This document shows positions 11,545-21,395 of a DNA stretch of 64,000 nucleotides, one piece after another (the stretch's first letter is position 1; each line of letters starts with the position of its first letter). The translations under genes and the position numbers were made by a program. The DNA comes from a virus (Duplodnaviria; Caudoviricetes). The stretch spans positions 13,908 through 77,907 of IMG/VR virus record IMGVR_UViG_3300012933_000171. One strand, 5' to 3'. Below the pieces are notes generated by a model, which worked only from the letters and a program-made list of their open reading frames with translations, was not told where the DNA came from and ran no database searches.

Positions 11545-12165
11545 ATGGCACAAGTTTTAATCCCTATGCAAATCGAGGGCTTTTTGAAGATTTTTGACCC
11601 AACTACTGGGGAAGTTTTAGTGGATAAGAAAAACGCTATTCACTATGAGAATATGAGTATTGCGTTAGCTAATGCTTTGAGCAATCGCGGTACAGGGGCA
11701 ATCTACAAGATGGCTTTCGGTAACGGTGGTTCAAGCATTGACCAAACTGGTGTTATTACGTATTTGCCACCGAACGTTACTGGTGCAAGTGCAACTTTAT
11801 ATAATCAAACGTTTGCAAAAGTGGTTGATGATACTAACATTTCCAATACGAATCCATCACGTAACAAAATGTCTATTAGTCACCCATTGGGGAAAGTCTA
11901 CTCTGATATTGTTGTCTCTTGCTTACTAGACTACAGCGAACCAGCTGGTCAAATGGCATTCGACAACGGCACGGAAACCCAAACTCCATACGTTTTTGAT
12001 GAATTGGGCTTGGTGAGTTTCGACGGTATTAACGAAAGCGGGGATGAATTGACAAAAATGCTAACCCATGTCATTTTTCATCCGGTACAAAAGTCACTAA
12101 ACAGACAGATTCAGATTGATTATACAGTCAGAATCCAATCATTGACAAACTTGATTACAGGTTAA
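11545..12165 (+). CDS. Putative baseplate/tail structural protein
   Basis: 206 aa with MAFGNGG, FDELGL and HPVQKSLNR...IDYTVRI motifs typical of tail-fibre-attachment-like proteins; structural context. Confidence 0.55.
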   Translation: MAQVLIPMQIEGFLKIFDPTTGEVLVDKKNAIHYENMSIALANALSNRGTGAIYKMAFGNGGSSIDQTGVITYLPPNVTGASATLYNQTFAKVVDDTNISNTNPSRNKMSISHPLGKVYSDIVVSCLLDYSEPAGQMAFDNGTETQTPYVFDELGLVSFDGINESGDELTKMLTHVIFHPVQKSLNRQIQIDYTVRIQSLTNLITG

Positions 12166-12195
12166 AGATAAATATAATAATAACGGAGCATTTTC

Positions 12196-13428
12196 ATGGC
12201 ATATACGATTCTAAGAACTAATAATTCTACTCTAGTAACGATTCAGGATGGAGTTCTTGAAACTCAGAGAACTACATTGGGCTTACCAGGACGTAACTAC
12301 GCAGGTTACGGCAACGTCCTAAACACTAACTTTGTTCATTTGCTAGAAAACTTTGCAAATGACACCCCTCCTGCTCACCCATTGAAGGGTCAGTTGTGGT
12401 ATGATACAAGTGACAACAAACTTAAAGTTTGTCCAGCTGACGGTACAACAGTTACTTCTGATTGGGTGGTTTTAACATCATCAAATGCAGTGGGTGACTC
12501 TTTCCTAGGTAACTTAGAAGTAACTAACTCTATTGTTGCAAACACTATCACAGCAAATATTGATGTTCTAGTAGGTCGTGATGTTATTGCTCAAGGTAAC
12601 GGTATTTTCAACACACGAGTATACTCCGCGCTTGCAAACGTCGGTACTGCTAACATAGGTACAACTGAGACTCGTGTAATTACTACAGGTGGTGCAACAA
12701 CAGGTGGCACATTTACTGGGGCTTGGACTGTTGTAGGTCCTTCTACTGGTAATGCTTTCAATATTACAAGCGGCAATATCTCATTGGGTACAACACAATC
12801 AGTTCGTTGTGACAATTACTTGAATACTGATGGTTCTCCTTGGGTTCCGTCAGGTACATATACTAACGCTAACGTTGCTGAATATCTATCAGGTACTAAC
12901 GTATCCGTAACTAAGTTTACTGGTAACATTTTCCCTCACACAGTTCAAACTGGAAACATTACTACTGGTGCTGAAGGCACACGTGGTAACATTACAGGTA
13001 ACTGGGTACTTCAAGGTACATCACGTTTGACAGCTACTTACTCTGCTGACATTGCAGAACGTTATGCTGCTGACGGTGTTTACACTGTTGGTACAGTAGT
13101 TGAATTGGGTGGTGATTATGAAGTTACATTAGCTAAAGCTGAGTTGAGTTCAGAAGTATTCGGCGTTGTGTCTAACACATACGCATACTTGTTGAACGGT
13201 GGCGCAGGTACTGATGAAACTCACCCACCAATCGCATTGTCTGGACGTGTATCTGTTCGTGTCGTCGGGCAAGTTAAGAAGGGTCAACGTTTAGTCTCTG
13301 CTGGTAACGGTCTTGCCCGTGCTGGTAAAGACGAAGAATTGACAAGTTTTAATGTAATCGGTCGTTCTCTAGTAAATAAGACAGATGACGGTGAAGGCAT
13401 CATTGAAGCCGCTGTCAAGATTAATTAA
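12196..13428 (+). CDS. Tail fibre/baseplate protein
   Basis: N-terminal NFVHLLENFA...GQLWYD motif, Thr/Gly/Asn-rich shaft, C-terminal ADIAERY...GRVSVRV domain; GGAG RBS. Confidence 0.7.
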   Translation: MAYTILRTNNSTLVTIQDGVLETQRTTLGLPGRNYAGYGNVLNTNFVHLLENFANDTPPAHPLKGQLWYDTSDNKLKVCPADGTTVTSDWVVLTSSNAVGDSFLGNLEVTNSIVANTITANIDVLVGRDVIAQGNGIFNTRVYSALANVGTANIGTTETRVITTGGATTGGTFTGAWTVVGPSTGNAFNITSGNISLGTTQSVRCDNYLNTDGSPWVPSGTYTNANVAEYLSGTNVSVTKFTGNIFPHTVQTGNITTGAEGTRGNITGNWVLQGTSRLTATYSADIAERYAADGVYTVGTVVELGGDYEVTLAKAELSSEVFGVVSNTYAYLLNGGAGTDETHPPIALSGRVSVRVVGQVKKGQRLVSAGNGLARAGKDEELTSFNVIGRSLVNKTDDGEGIIEAAVKIN

Positions 13429-13437
13429 GAGGATAAC

Positions 13438-14355
13438 ATGACATATCAACAATATGGATTAATTCAAGCGGAAGATTACAATAGTTTGGTAGGAACTCTA
13501 AACGCAGTTTGGGGTTCTGGTTCTGGAAATTCTGGCTACGGACAAACTAGTCTTCCAGTAGTTGCTGCTGGTGGAAAAGTGGGAGCTACAGAATGGGCAG
13601 ACTTAGTAAACAAAATCAGCTCGATTGCCTCGCATCAGAATTCTACAATCACTGCGGTCACTGCACCAGCAGCTGGGGATTCAGTTAAATTCGTGAATGC
13701 TATCAATACGAATTTGGCAACTATCACTACAAACAGATTGAATGCTTCCGCGCAAGCAACGTCAGTCACTACATCAAAGGCAACAACTACAACGTTCTTA
13801 GATAAAGTAACATACACAACTACAGTTACATTTACATCTGGAGCTGCTGCACGTTATTTCTTTAATGCAGGCGGACAACTAGCTATTACATGTTCACATG
13901 GTTCAAATCTATCTTCCGGCATCGATAAAGTGTTCTATGATTTATGTCGTGCATTTGGTACAGTTACGTTGAGTGCTGGCACATCAACTATCGCTGGAAC
14001 AAGTTTTACAGGAACAACAAAGACAGGTGGTTCTGGTTCAGTGGGTACTGACTTTACTATCAGTACTAATACTGGATATCATGCGTTAACAACAACTTCA
14101 GTTGAAATATTCAAACAATCTGCTGTGGGTGCATTGTCAAAATATGTTACATCTTTCATTAATGTAACTGCAAAAGTTGACGTAACCGGCGGTATAATTA
14201 CATTCGTAACTACAATTGATGAAAACTGGTCACAGGGTGTTGGCTTAACTGTATCTACTGGGACTACGATGAACTTGACTGTCAAGCCACCGTCAACAAC
14301 GTATGTAACTTCTAATGCTTGGGGCACCCCAACTGTATTGACGAACTACGCTTAA
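13438..14355 (+). CDS. Thr/Ser/Gly-rich virion structural protein
   Basis: 305 aa, GAGGA RBS, composition and context. Confidence 0.55.
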   Translation: MTYQQYGLIQAEDYNSLVGTLNAVWGSGSGNSGYGQTSLPVVAAGGKVGATEWADLVNKISSIASHQNSTITAVTAPAAGDSVKFVNAINTNLATITTNRLNASAQATSVTTSKATTTTFLDKVTYTTTVTFTSGAAARYFFNAGGQLAITCSHGSNLSSGIDKVFYDLCRAFGTVTLSAGTSTIAGTSFTGTTKTGGSGSVGTDFTISTNTGYHALTTTSVEIFKQSAVGALSKYVTSFINVTAKVDVTGGIITFVTTIDENWSQGVGLTVSTGTTMNLTVKPPSTTYVTSNAWGTPTVLTNYA

Positions 14356-14408
14356 TAAAATATATTGGGCAACTGGTATTCATTTAAATATTCTACGGAG
14401 TATTTTAA

Positions 14409-14714
14409 ATGGATACCAAAACCATATTGAGCCAGGCTAAAGCTAGATTTAGTCACAACCAAAACAAAGAATATCTTAAAGCAAAGTATCAAGGTAAACT
14501 CATATTCGCCCAACAAGGTGGAATGTGGACAGCGTCCCCTGAGCTTTTAGCACAGTTAGCAAGTAGCCCTGCTAAGTCATTAGTATTGTTAGATAACTAT
14601 GAGAACCCTATCAAGGTAGACCGTTTCGATTTGTTAACGTTTGCTAACGATTTGTACGTTGCAGTCATGCACGAGTGGCACGAAGAATACAGTAAACTAC
14701 AGTCATTGCGATGA
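14409..14714 (+). CDS. Hypothetical protein
   Basis: 101 aa, GGAG upstream, ATGA overlap with the next gene. Confidence 0.6.
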   Translation: MDTKTILSQAKARFSHNQNKEYLKAKYQGKLIFAQQGGMWTASPELLAQLASSPAKSLVLLDNYENPIKVDRFDLLTFANDLYVAVMHEWHEEYSKLQSLR

Positions 14715-15484
14715 GGGGAGTAATGTTCTTTGCCTTTAATAATCCTAAAGTAGATTATTACACAATGGCAGTTAAAGCAGCCGAACGAGTAAAACACTTT
14801 CTAAACTTACCCGTTACTATTGTTACGGATATTCAGCCCGAGAACCCAGAGTTCAATATCATTAACGTAAGTGCTGAAACAAGTAACGAGAAAGACAGTA
14901 ATCCATGGTATAACAAGGGTAGATACAGAGCATACGACTTAACACCCTACGATGAAACTATCTTATTAGACACAGACTATCTAGTAAACAGTGACCAGTT
15001 ATTGAAAGTCTTTGATATCTACGATGACTTTATGTGCCATGACAGTACATTCTTTCTAACTGAAGGGCATGATACTGAATACGTCAGTGACAGAAGTTTT
15101 AAGACATTATGGGCTACAGTTATTGTATTCAAAAAGACCGAGAGAGTTAAACATATCTTTCAGTGTTTAGAAATGGTTCAGAATAACTACAGTCACTATA
15201 TTAACCTCTATCATATCAATAGCCCTATGTACCGTAATGACTATGGTATCACTATTGCTACACGCATTGTTGACGGGCACTATGACGAGAAACGTAACTA
15301 TATCCCGTGGACATTGAATCACGTAAACAGTTACGTGAAAGTATATCGCACAAATGATACTTCATTTAATACAGAGTATGTGTTATTAAATGAGACAGGA
15401 AAACGTGCTGAGTATATGAAAATCAAAGACATGGACTTTCACTGTATGAGCAAAGAAACATTTATGGAGTTAGTAGATGAGTAA
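14711..15484 (+). CDS. GT-A fold glycosyltransferase-like protein
   Basis: YDLTPYDETILLDTD (DxD) motif. Confidence 0.65.
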   Translation: MRGVMFFAFNNPKVDYYTMAVKAAERVKHFLNLPVTIVTDIQPENPEFNIINVSAETSNEKDSNPWYNKGRYRAYDLTPYDETILLDTDYLVNSDQLLKVFDIYDDFMCHDSTFFLTEGHDTEYVSDRSFKTLWATVIVFKKTERVKHIFQCLEMVQNNYSHYINLYHINSPMYRNDYGITIATRIVDGHYDEKRNYIPWTLNHVNSYVKVYRTNDTSFNTEYVLLNETGKRAEYMKIKDMDFHCMSKETFMELVDE

Positions 15485-16190
15485 GGGCTTTGTTATTATG
15501 GCTCAGAACTCAGACACTACAGACTATGTTAAGTGTGCTGAAACGTTGCGTGACAGTATTGAGCGACACATGCCCGACATTCCCGTGACAATTATCACTG
15601 AGGGTAAGCCATCATTCAGTACAGATAGTGAGGTATACAATCTATCACCCTATGACGATACAATCAAATTAGAAGCTGACATGATTATGACTAAGAATGT
15701 TGACTACTGGTTCGATGTGTTATCACAAAAAGATATCGTAGTGTGTAATACAATCAGAGACTATAAGGGTAATATATCTAATGTGAAAGCGTACAGAGAG
15801 TTCACCCGTGCCAACAATCTCCCAGACGTATATAACGCTATGACTTACTTTAAGAAAAGTAAATTCTCAGAGGATTTCTTTAACTTAACTAAGGAAATCT
15901 TTCAAAACTGGGAAGAATACAAGAAAATCTTAATCTGTGACACTGACGAAGAGGCTAGTACAGATTGGGTGTACTCTATTGCATGTCACATTATGGGTAC
16001 AGAGAATACAACTATGAACTACGATGACTTTTCTTTTGTCCATATGAAACAATTTATCAACAACTTAGCGACAGAAGACTGGACAAGTGAATTAGTCTAT
16101 GAGTTCAACCCGTTACGTATTCAAACTATCCCGCAGCAGTACCCGTTTCACTACTATGTAAAAACGTTCGGAGACAAGTATTATGGTTGA
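15477..16190 (+). CDS. GT-A fold glycosyltransferase-like protein, paralog of the preceding gene
   Basis: YNLSPYDDTIKLEAD motif parallels the upstream gene. Confidence 0.6.
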   Translation: MSKGFVIMAQNSDTTDYVKCAETLRDSIERHMPDIPVTIITEGKPSFSTDSEVYNLSPYDDTIKLEADMIMTKNVDYWFDVLSQKDIVVCNTIRDYKGNISNVKAYREFTRANNLPDVYNAMTYFKKSKFSEDFFNLTKEIFQNWEEYKKILICDTDEEASTDWVYSIACHIMGTENTTMNYDDFSFVHMKQFINNLATEDWTSELVYEFNPLRIQTIPQQYPFHYYVKTFGDKYYG

Positions 16191-16467
16191 ATTTAGACTA
16201 TATTATGATGACACAGGGAAAGTTTTATGTTATACTTGTGAGAATATTGAGGGTAATTATATCGTCATCGATGGTGACACTTACCATGAATGCAGACCTG
16301 ATGTGTATGTAATTAATGGTGAGATTGTTAAAAAGAGTGAGATGACGGTGATTAGAAAACTAAAGCCCTCAACTAAAGGAATCACTTGTAGCAGTGATGA
16401 CATATCAATGATTACAAGTGAAGGTATAACATGGGATTTAACCGTAAATGAATTCAGACATAATTGA
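16183..16467 (+). CDS. Hypothetical protein
   Basis: 94 aa, overlaps both neighbours in the operon. Confidence 0.55.
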   Translation: MVEFRLYYDDTGKVLCYTCENIEGNYIVIDGDTYHECRPDVYVINGEIVKKSEMTVIRKLKPSTKGITCSSDDISMITSEGITWDLTVNEFRHN

Positions 16468-17395
16468 AGTACAGGACTTAGATTGCATTTATCTAAGCTA
16501 TGACGAACCACAGAAAGAAGAATTCTGGGTTAAGATTAAGAACATGGTGCCGTGGGCACGTAGAGTAGATGGGGTCAAGGGTAGTGATGCAGCACACAAA
16601 GCCGCTGCAGAGGAATCAGACACAGAACGATTTATTCTAATCGACGGAGATAACTTACCCGACTTTAACTTCTTTGACTTGACTTTAGACTTCACGGGCA
16701 AAGACGAATCATATAAGCAAGCACAGTTTCGCTGGAGAGCACGTAACAATATCAACGGGTTAGTGTATGGCAACGGTGGTATGTCCAGCTGGACAAAAGA
16801 CTATGTGATGAACATGAAGACACATGAGGCTAGTGATGGTAACAACACTACCACCGTTGACTTCTGCTTAGACTATAACAACAGTTTATACTGGAGTATG
16901 CACGATTGCTATAGCACAACATACCCTAACTACACACCCTTTCAAGCATGGCGTGCAGGCTTCAGAGAGGGTGTAAAGATGTGCTTAGTAGATGGGCTAA
17001 CTCCCAGTATCAATGAGTTCAAACGTTCGGTATCTGGTCGCAACTTTGACAATCTTACTATCTGGCACAACGTAGGCGCAGACGTAGAGAATGGAATCTG
17101 GGCTATCTACGGAGCTAGACTTGGCACTTACATGACAATGCTACATGACTTTGACCCTAAGCAAGTTCAATGGTTCGATAATCTAACTACTATTTGGGAA
17201 GACTATAAGGACAGAGACCCTCATTATTCATCTAAGTTCTTTGGAGAAGCCTTAAGCGATAAACTTGACTTGCCAATGTGTACACTCTCAGCAGAGCAAA
17301 GTAAATTCTTTAAACGTCATGCAAATAAAGACAAAAAGAATTTAGGACCATTGGTCAAAGAGATAGATATCATACGACAACAAGAAGGCTGGTAA
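16448..17395 (+). CDS. Glycosyltransferase-like protein
   Basis: RVDGVKG...FILIDGDN (DxD); NGLVYG and WRAGFREG motifs are shared with the C-terminus of 28266..30002. Confidence 0.6.
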   Translation: MNSDIIEVQDLDCIYLSYDEPQKEEFWVKIKNMVPWARRVDGVKGSDAAHKAAAEESDTERFILIDGDNLPDFNFFDLTLDFTGKDESYKQAQFRWRARNNINGLVYGNGGMSSWTKDYVMNMKTHEASDGNNTTTVDFCLDYNNSLYWSMHDCYSTTYPNYTPFQAWRAGFREGVKMCLVDGLTPSINEFKRSVSGRNFDNLTIWHNVGADVENGIWAIYGARLGTYMTMLHDFDPKQVQWFDNLTTIWEDYKDRDPHYSSKFFGEALSDKLDLPMCTLSAEQSKFFKRHANKDKKNLGPLVKEIDIIRQQEGW

Positions 17396-18789
17396 TGGAT
17401 TATAACACACACTTAACTAAAGTAAAACAAGAGCTAGATGAAGTAAGTCCTAGCTTCTGTGTTGCTAAATGGAAGCAAGTTACGATGCACTTGCAAAACG
17501 GACACACGCATTCATGTCATCATCCCACAACGCATTTTGTTTCTGTTGACGAGATTAAAAAGAATCCAACAGCATTACATAATAGTCAATTCAAAAAAGA
17601 ACAACGTAAGTTAATGCTTGAGGGCGAACGTCCTAGCGAATGCGACTATTGCTGGCGTGTAGAAGACAATGCGAAAGACAGTTTCAGTGATAGAATTCAC
17701 AAGTCAGCAGACGATTCGTGGGCACGTCCATATATCAATGATATATTAACTAAGCCTTGGGATGATAACACAGACCCATCGTATGTAGAAGTCTCATTCG
17801 GTAACGTGTGTAACTTCAAGTGTAGCTATTGCTCACCCCACATCTCAAGTCAATGGATGGAAGAAATTGAACGATTTGGTCCCTACCCTACAAAGCATAA
17901 CTTCAACAACTTGACTTGGATCAAGCAACAGAATCAGATGCCTATTCCAAACAATCAGGACAATCCCTATGTTGATGCGTTCTGGGAATGGTTCCCTACT
18001 ATGTACAAAGAATTAAAGTACTTTAGAATCACGGGCGGCGAACCATTATTGAATAAGAATACGTTCAAGGTCTTAGACTATATTATTGCTAACCCTAACC
18101 CTAATTTAGAAGTGGCAATCAATACGAATATGAATCCACCTAAAGAACTATTTGACAAGTTCTTAGAGAAGGCTAAGATTATTATTGACGGTAAGTTACT
18201 AAAGAACTTTAAACTATTTACCTCAGCAGAGGCACATGGTAAACAGTCTGAGTATATTCGATTTGGTATGGATTATGACTTGTGGCTTGAGAACATCCAT
18301 AAGACTTATCAAACAATCCCTTCAATGCAGTTTACTATTATGAGCACCTACAACGTACTTAGTTCAACTACATATACACAATTCTTGCAGGATGTTCTGG
18401 CAATCAAACAAAAGTACGGTACTCCAACGTATAACCCTATGCTATTAGATATTCCTTACTTGCGCTACCCTGAGCATCAGTCAGTCTTTATTATGGATGA
18501 AGAGCAATTGAATATGCTAAAAGAGCAAGTAACATTCATGTACAAGAACTTAGAGAACAAAGACTGGCCTGATACAATTAATCGCGGGTTCTTTGTTAAT
18601 GAAGCTGAGAAGCTAAAAAGAATTTATACAATGGTAGAGCATAGTATTAAAAACCCCACAGAATACACAGAGCAGAACCGTAAAGACTTTGCTATCTTTG
18701 TGTTAGAACATGATAAACGTAGAGGAACTAACTTCGCTGAGACATTCCCTGAACTATCAGACTTTTTGAGAAAGTGTAAAGACTTATGA
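17395..18789 (+). CDS. Radical SAM protein with N-terminal twitch/SPASM-like Cys cluster
   Basis: CNFKCSYC (CxxxCxxC), GGEP motif, N-terminal C..W/CHH/CDYCW. Confidence 0.85.
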   Translation: MDYNTHLTKVKQELDEVSPSFCVAKWKQVTMHLQNGHTHSCHHPTTHFVSVDEIKKNPTALHNSQFKKEQRKLMLEGERPSECDYCWRVEDNAKDSFSDRIHKSADDSWARPYINDILTKPWDDNTDPSYVEVSFGNVCNFKCSYCSPHISSQWMEEIERFGPYPTKHNFNNLTWIKQQNQMPIPNNQDNPYVDAFWEWFPTMYKELKYFRITGGEPLLNKNTFKVLDYIIANPNPNLEVAINTNMNPPKELFDKFLEKAKIIIDGKLLKNFKLFTSAEAHGKQSEYIRFGMDYDLWLENIHKTYQTIPSMQFTIMSTYNVLSSTTYTQFLQDVLAIKQKYGTPTYNPMLLDIPYLRYPEHQSVFIMDEEQLNMLKEQVTFMYKNLENKDWPDTINRGFFVNEAEKLKRIYTMVEHSIKNPTEYTEQNRKDFAIFVLEHDKRRGTNFAETFPELSDFLRKCKDL

Positions 18790-20216
18790 AATATAGAATT
18801 CCCTTCTTTTACGATTATGTATTCCCTAGTTTCGTGATGCCAAACGCATTGGTTACCGAAATGGGTTTAATTGATTTCCTCCACTCACTACACTCTACGA
18901 AAATTGCAAAGAATACAAGTTTTTTTGACCAAACTGAGGGTTATAAAGACCAGACTCCGGTGGTAGCACTATTTGGTGATGCGTTTGGCTCTTGGCCTAA
19001 CAGTCTTTCTAGTTCTAATTTATACAGCCCTTGTTATGAAAGGTATATGGATGCAGTACTTGACTCTGTTTATTTTGGTAAAAAGAAGTATGGTGAAGTT
19101 GAATTCAATCGATATGTCTATTTGATTAACGTTACTCCGCATTTAGATATGTTTACGGGGGTAGCTCCTATCGGCAGTAAGATGAACGGCGAGTACTTCT
19201 GGAAGCATATGTCAGCCGAAGCATTACATGATGCCCAACAGGGAACTGCTATTATCTTATTAGATTACGGGCAAGAAAACTTTGTCGAAAGACAAACTTA
19301 TGTTAACTTGCATAAAGGATTAGAAAATTCAGGAATCCATAAGTCTAATGTTATTTTAGCACTCAACAGTTTCAATGCAAAAGAAATATACGAGTCTTGG
19401 TTTACCCCTGAAGAACGATTGATTGAAGTGTTTAACTGGCCATTCGTTACTATGCATACAGTTGAGGAGTTTTGCAACAATCCCCATATTAGAGTTAGTC
19501 CCGAAGATTTTCAAGCGTCACGGAACACATTAAGAGACAACCATTATCTATTTAAAATTCGCAGAGCAAGAACACATCGTCAAGCATTGCTATTTAAATT
19601 AGCTTCAGATGACTTATTACAATACGGAGATTGGTCATGTCTGTCACCAATCGAATTTGACCAACGTGAATATATAGGTCTAACTCAAAGATATTATTTT
19701 GAATTCGATGATGACAAAGTTAAAAATTTAATATCCAATACCCCTAAAACACTAAAGCACGAGAGTAATCTAGATTATACTCAAATCAGTGCATGGACTG
19801 ATACTAACCCTGATGCTCATATTTCATCATATTTTTATATTTGCACAGAGACATTCACGCACGGTGAGCATAAGTCACTGACAGAGAAGGTTTTTAAGCC
19901 TATTGCTAACTTCCAACCATTCTTGTTCATGGCTTATCCGGGCGCACTAAAAATGCTACAATCCTTAGGGTTCAAAACGTTCAGCCCCTTTATTGACGAA
20001 TCATATGATGATGAACTTGATGAAGGGAAACGTTTGAATATGATATACCGAGAGATAGTTAGACTATCTAGTATGAGTAAAGAAGAAATTCATGCATGGT
20101 ATTGGTCTATGGAAGCTATTCTAATATACAATCAAAAGCACTTATTAAGTCTTAGAGATAATGAAGAATTAGCTAGTAGCTTGATAAAATATCTACATGC
20201 AAGGGTGACTCAATAA
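18786..20216 (+). CDS. Putative glycosyltransferase (ET...TEK.FKP family)
   Basis: C-terminal TET...LTEKVFKPIANFQPF...LGFKTFSPFIDESYD; paralog of 21380..22768. Confidence 0.5.
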   Translation: MKYRIPFFYDYVFPSFVMPNALVTEMGLIDFLHSLHSTKIAKNTSFFDQTEGYKDQTPVVALFGDAFGSWPNSLSSSNLYSPCYERYMDAVLDSVYFGKKKYGEVEFNRYVYLINVTPHLDMFTGVAPIGSKMNGEYFWKHMSAEALHDAQQGTAIILLDYGQENFVERQTYVNLHKGLENSGIHKSNVILALNSFNAKEIYESWFTPEERLIEVFNWPFVTMHTVEEFCNNPHIRVSPEDFQASRNTLRDNHYLFKIRRARTHRQALLFKLASDDLLQYGDWSCLSPIEFDQREYIGLTQRYYFEFDDDKVKNLISNTPKTLKHESNLDYTQISAWTDTNPDAHISSYFYICTETFTHGEHKSLTEKVFKPIANFQPFLFMAYPGALKMLQSLGFKTFSPFIDESYDDELDEGKRLNMIYREIVRLSSMSKEEIHAWYWSMEAILIYNQKHLLSLRDNEELASSLIKYLHARVTQ

Positions 20217-20226
20217 ATATTCTGCT

Positions 20227-20772
20227 ATGAATTACAAAAATAACAGTTGGGATCATTTTGCTGTTTCATATTTGAACACATTTGGTACAGACGTTCCGGT
20301 ATATTCCCCCTCAATATACCGTGAATATCGTGGGGAAATCTTTACAACATATCATACAGACAAACACCCAGTTTCACAGGTTATACCGTCAAGAGCCAAT
20401 GTACACGGAAGGTTCTCGAAGTCGTATCAGAACGTCCTAAGGGGCTTACACTATGATACCAAGACTTGGAAACTAGTTCAAGCAGTAGTAGGGGACATTT
20501 ACTTAGTTGTACTTGACGTTAGAGAAGATAGCAAAACGTTAGGTAAATGGGAATCATATATTATCACGGAAAAGACACGTGACCAAGTATTAATTCCCCC
20601 GGGTTTTGCTAACGGGCACTATGCTCTTACTGACTGTATCTTCCACTATAACTTATTCTACGAGGGCGACTACGTAGACGAGAATCAGCAGGGCGTTATT
20701 AAGTATAATGACACACGATTCAACATCGAATGGCCTACAGATAAACCAACATTACAAAGACGAGACAGATGA
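20227..20772 (+). CDS. rmlC: dTDP-4-dehydrorhamnose 3,5-epimerase family (cupin)
   Basis: VLRGLHY, KLVQAVVGDIYLVVLDVR and IPPGFANGH motifs. Confidence 0.85.
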   Translation: MNYKNNSWDHFAVSYLNTFGTDVPVYSPSIYREYRGEIFTTYHTDKHPVSQVIPSRANVHGRFSKSYQNVLRGLHYDTKTWKLVQAVVGDIYLVVLDVREDSKTLGKWESYIITEKTRDQVLIPPGFANGHYALTDCIFHYNLFYEGDYVDENQQGVIKYNDTRFNIEWPTDKPTLQRRDR

Positions 20773-21395
20773 TTAACTTAGAACAATACCCTATCGTGCG
20801 TGACGCACAATATACCAAAGACGACTTGATTAATTTTGAGAATTTAATCGTAAGTCACTGGGAAAATGCTAAAATTAGAGGCCCAGTGCATCTATCTAGT
20901 AATAATGAAGAACAACTGATTGAGATATTCAAAAGAATTAAAACAACTGATTGGGTGTTTAGTAATTGGCGCAGTCATTACCATGCTTTATTAAAGGGAA
21001 TGGATCCTAGCTATATTGAGAATGAGATTCTTAACGGTAAGTCTATCAGCGTTTGTAACATTGATGAAAAGTTCTATAGCTCTGCTATTGTCGGCGGTAC
21101 TCTATCGATTGCTTTAGGAGTTGCTCAAGCTATTAAAAGTAACGGTCTGCCAGATAAAGTATGGTGCTTTGTGGGAGACATGAGTTTTGAGTCAGGAATC
21201 TTCTATGAAGTACACAAGTATGCACGTAACTTTGACTTACCGTTATACTTTATAGTCGAGGATAATGATGTTTCTACATACACACCCACTGTTGCAACAT
21301 GGGAAAAGAAACGAGAAATCCCCTCAGACGTTATTCACTATTCTTACAAAAGTAAATATCCTCACTATGGTTCAGGAAAATGGATCGCATTTTAA
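20769..21395 (+). CDS. ThDP-dependent dehydrogenase E1 alpha-like subunit
   Basis: GPVHLS, WRSHYHAL, and GDMS...EDN ThDP-binding motif. Confidence 0.85.
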   Translation: MINLEQYPIVRDAQYTKDDLINFENLIVSHWENAKIRGPVHLSSNNEEQLIEIFKRIKTTDWVFSNWRSHYHALLKGMDPSYIENEILNGKSISVCNIDEKFYSSAIVGGTLSIALGVAQAIKSNGLPDKVWCFVGDMSFESGIFYEVHKYARNFDLPLYFIVEDNDVSTYTPTVATWEKKREIPSDVIHYSYKSKYPHYGSGKWIAF

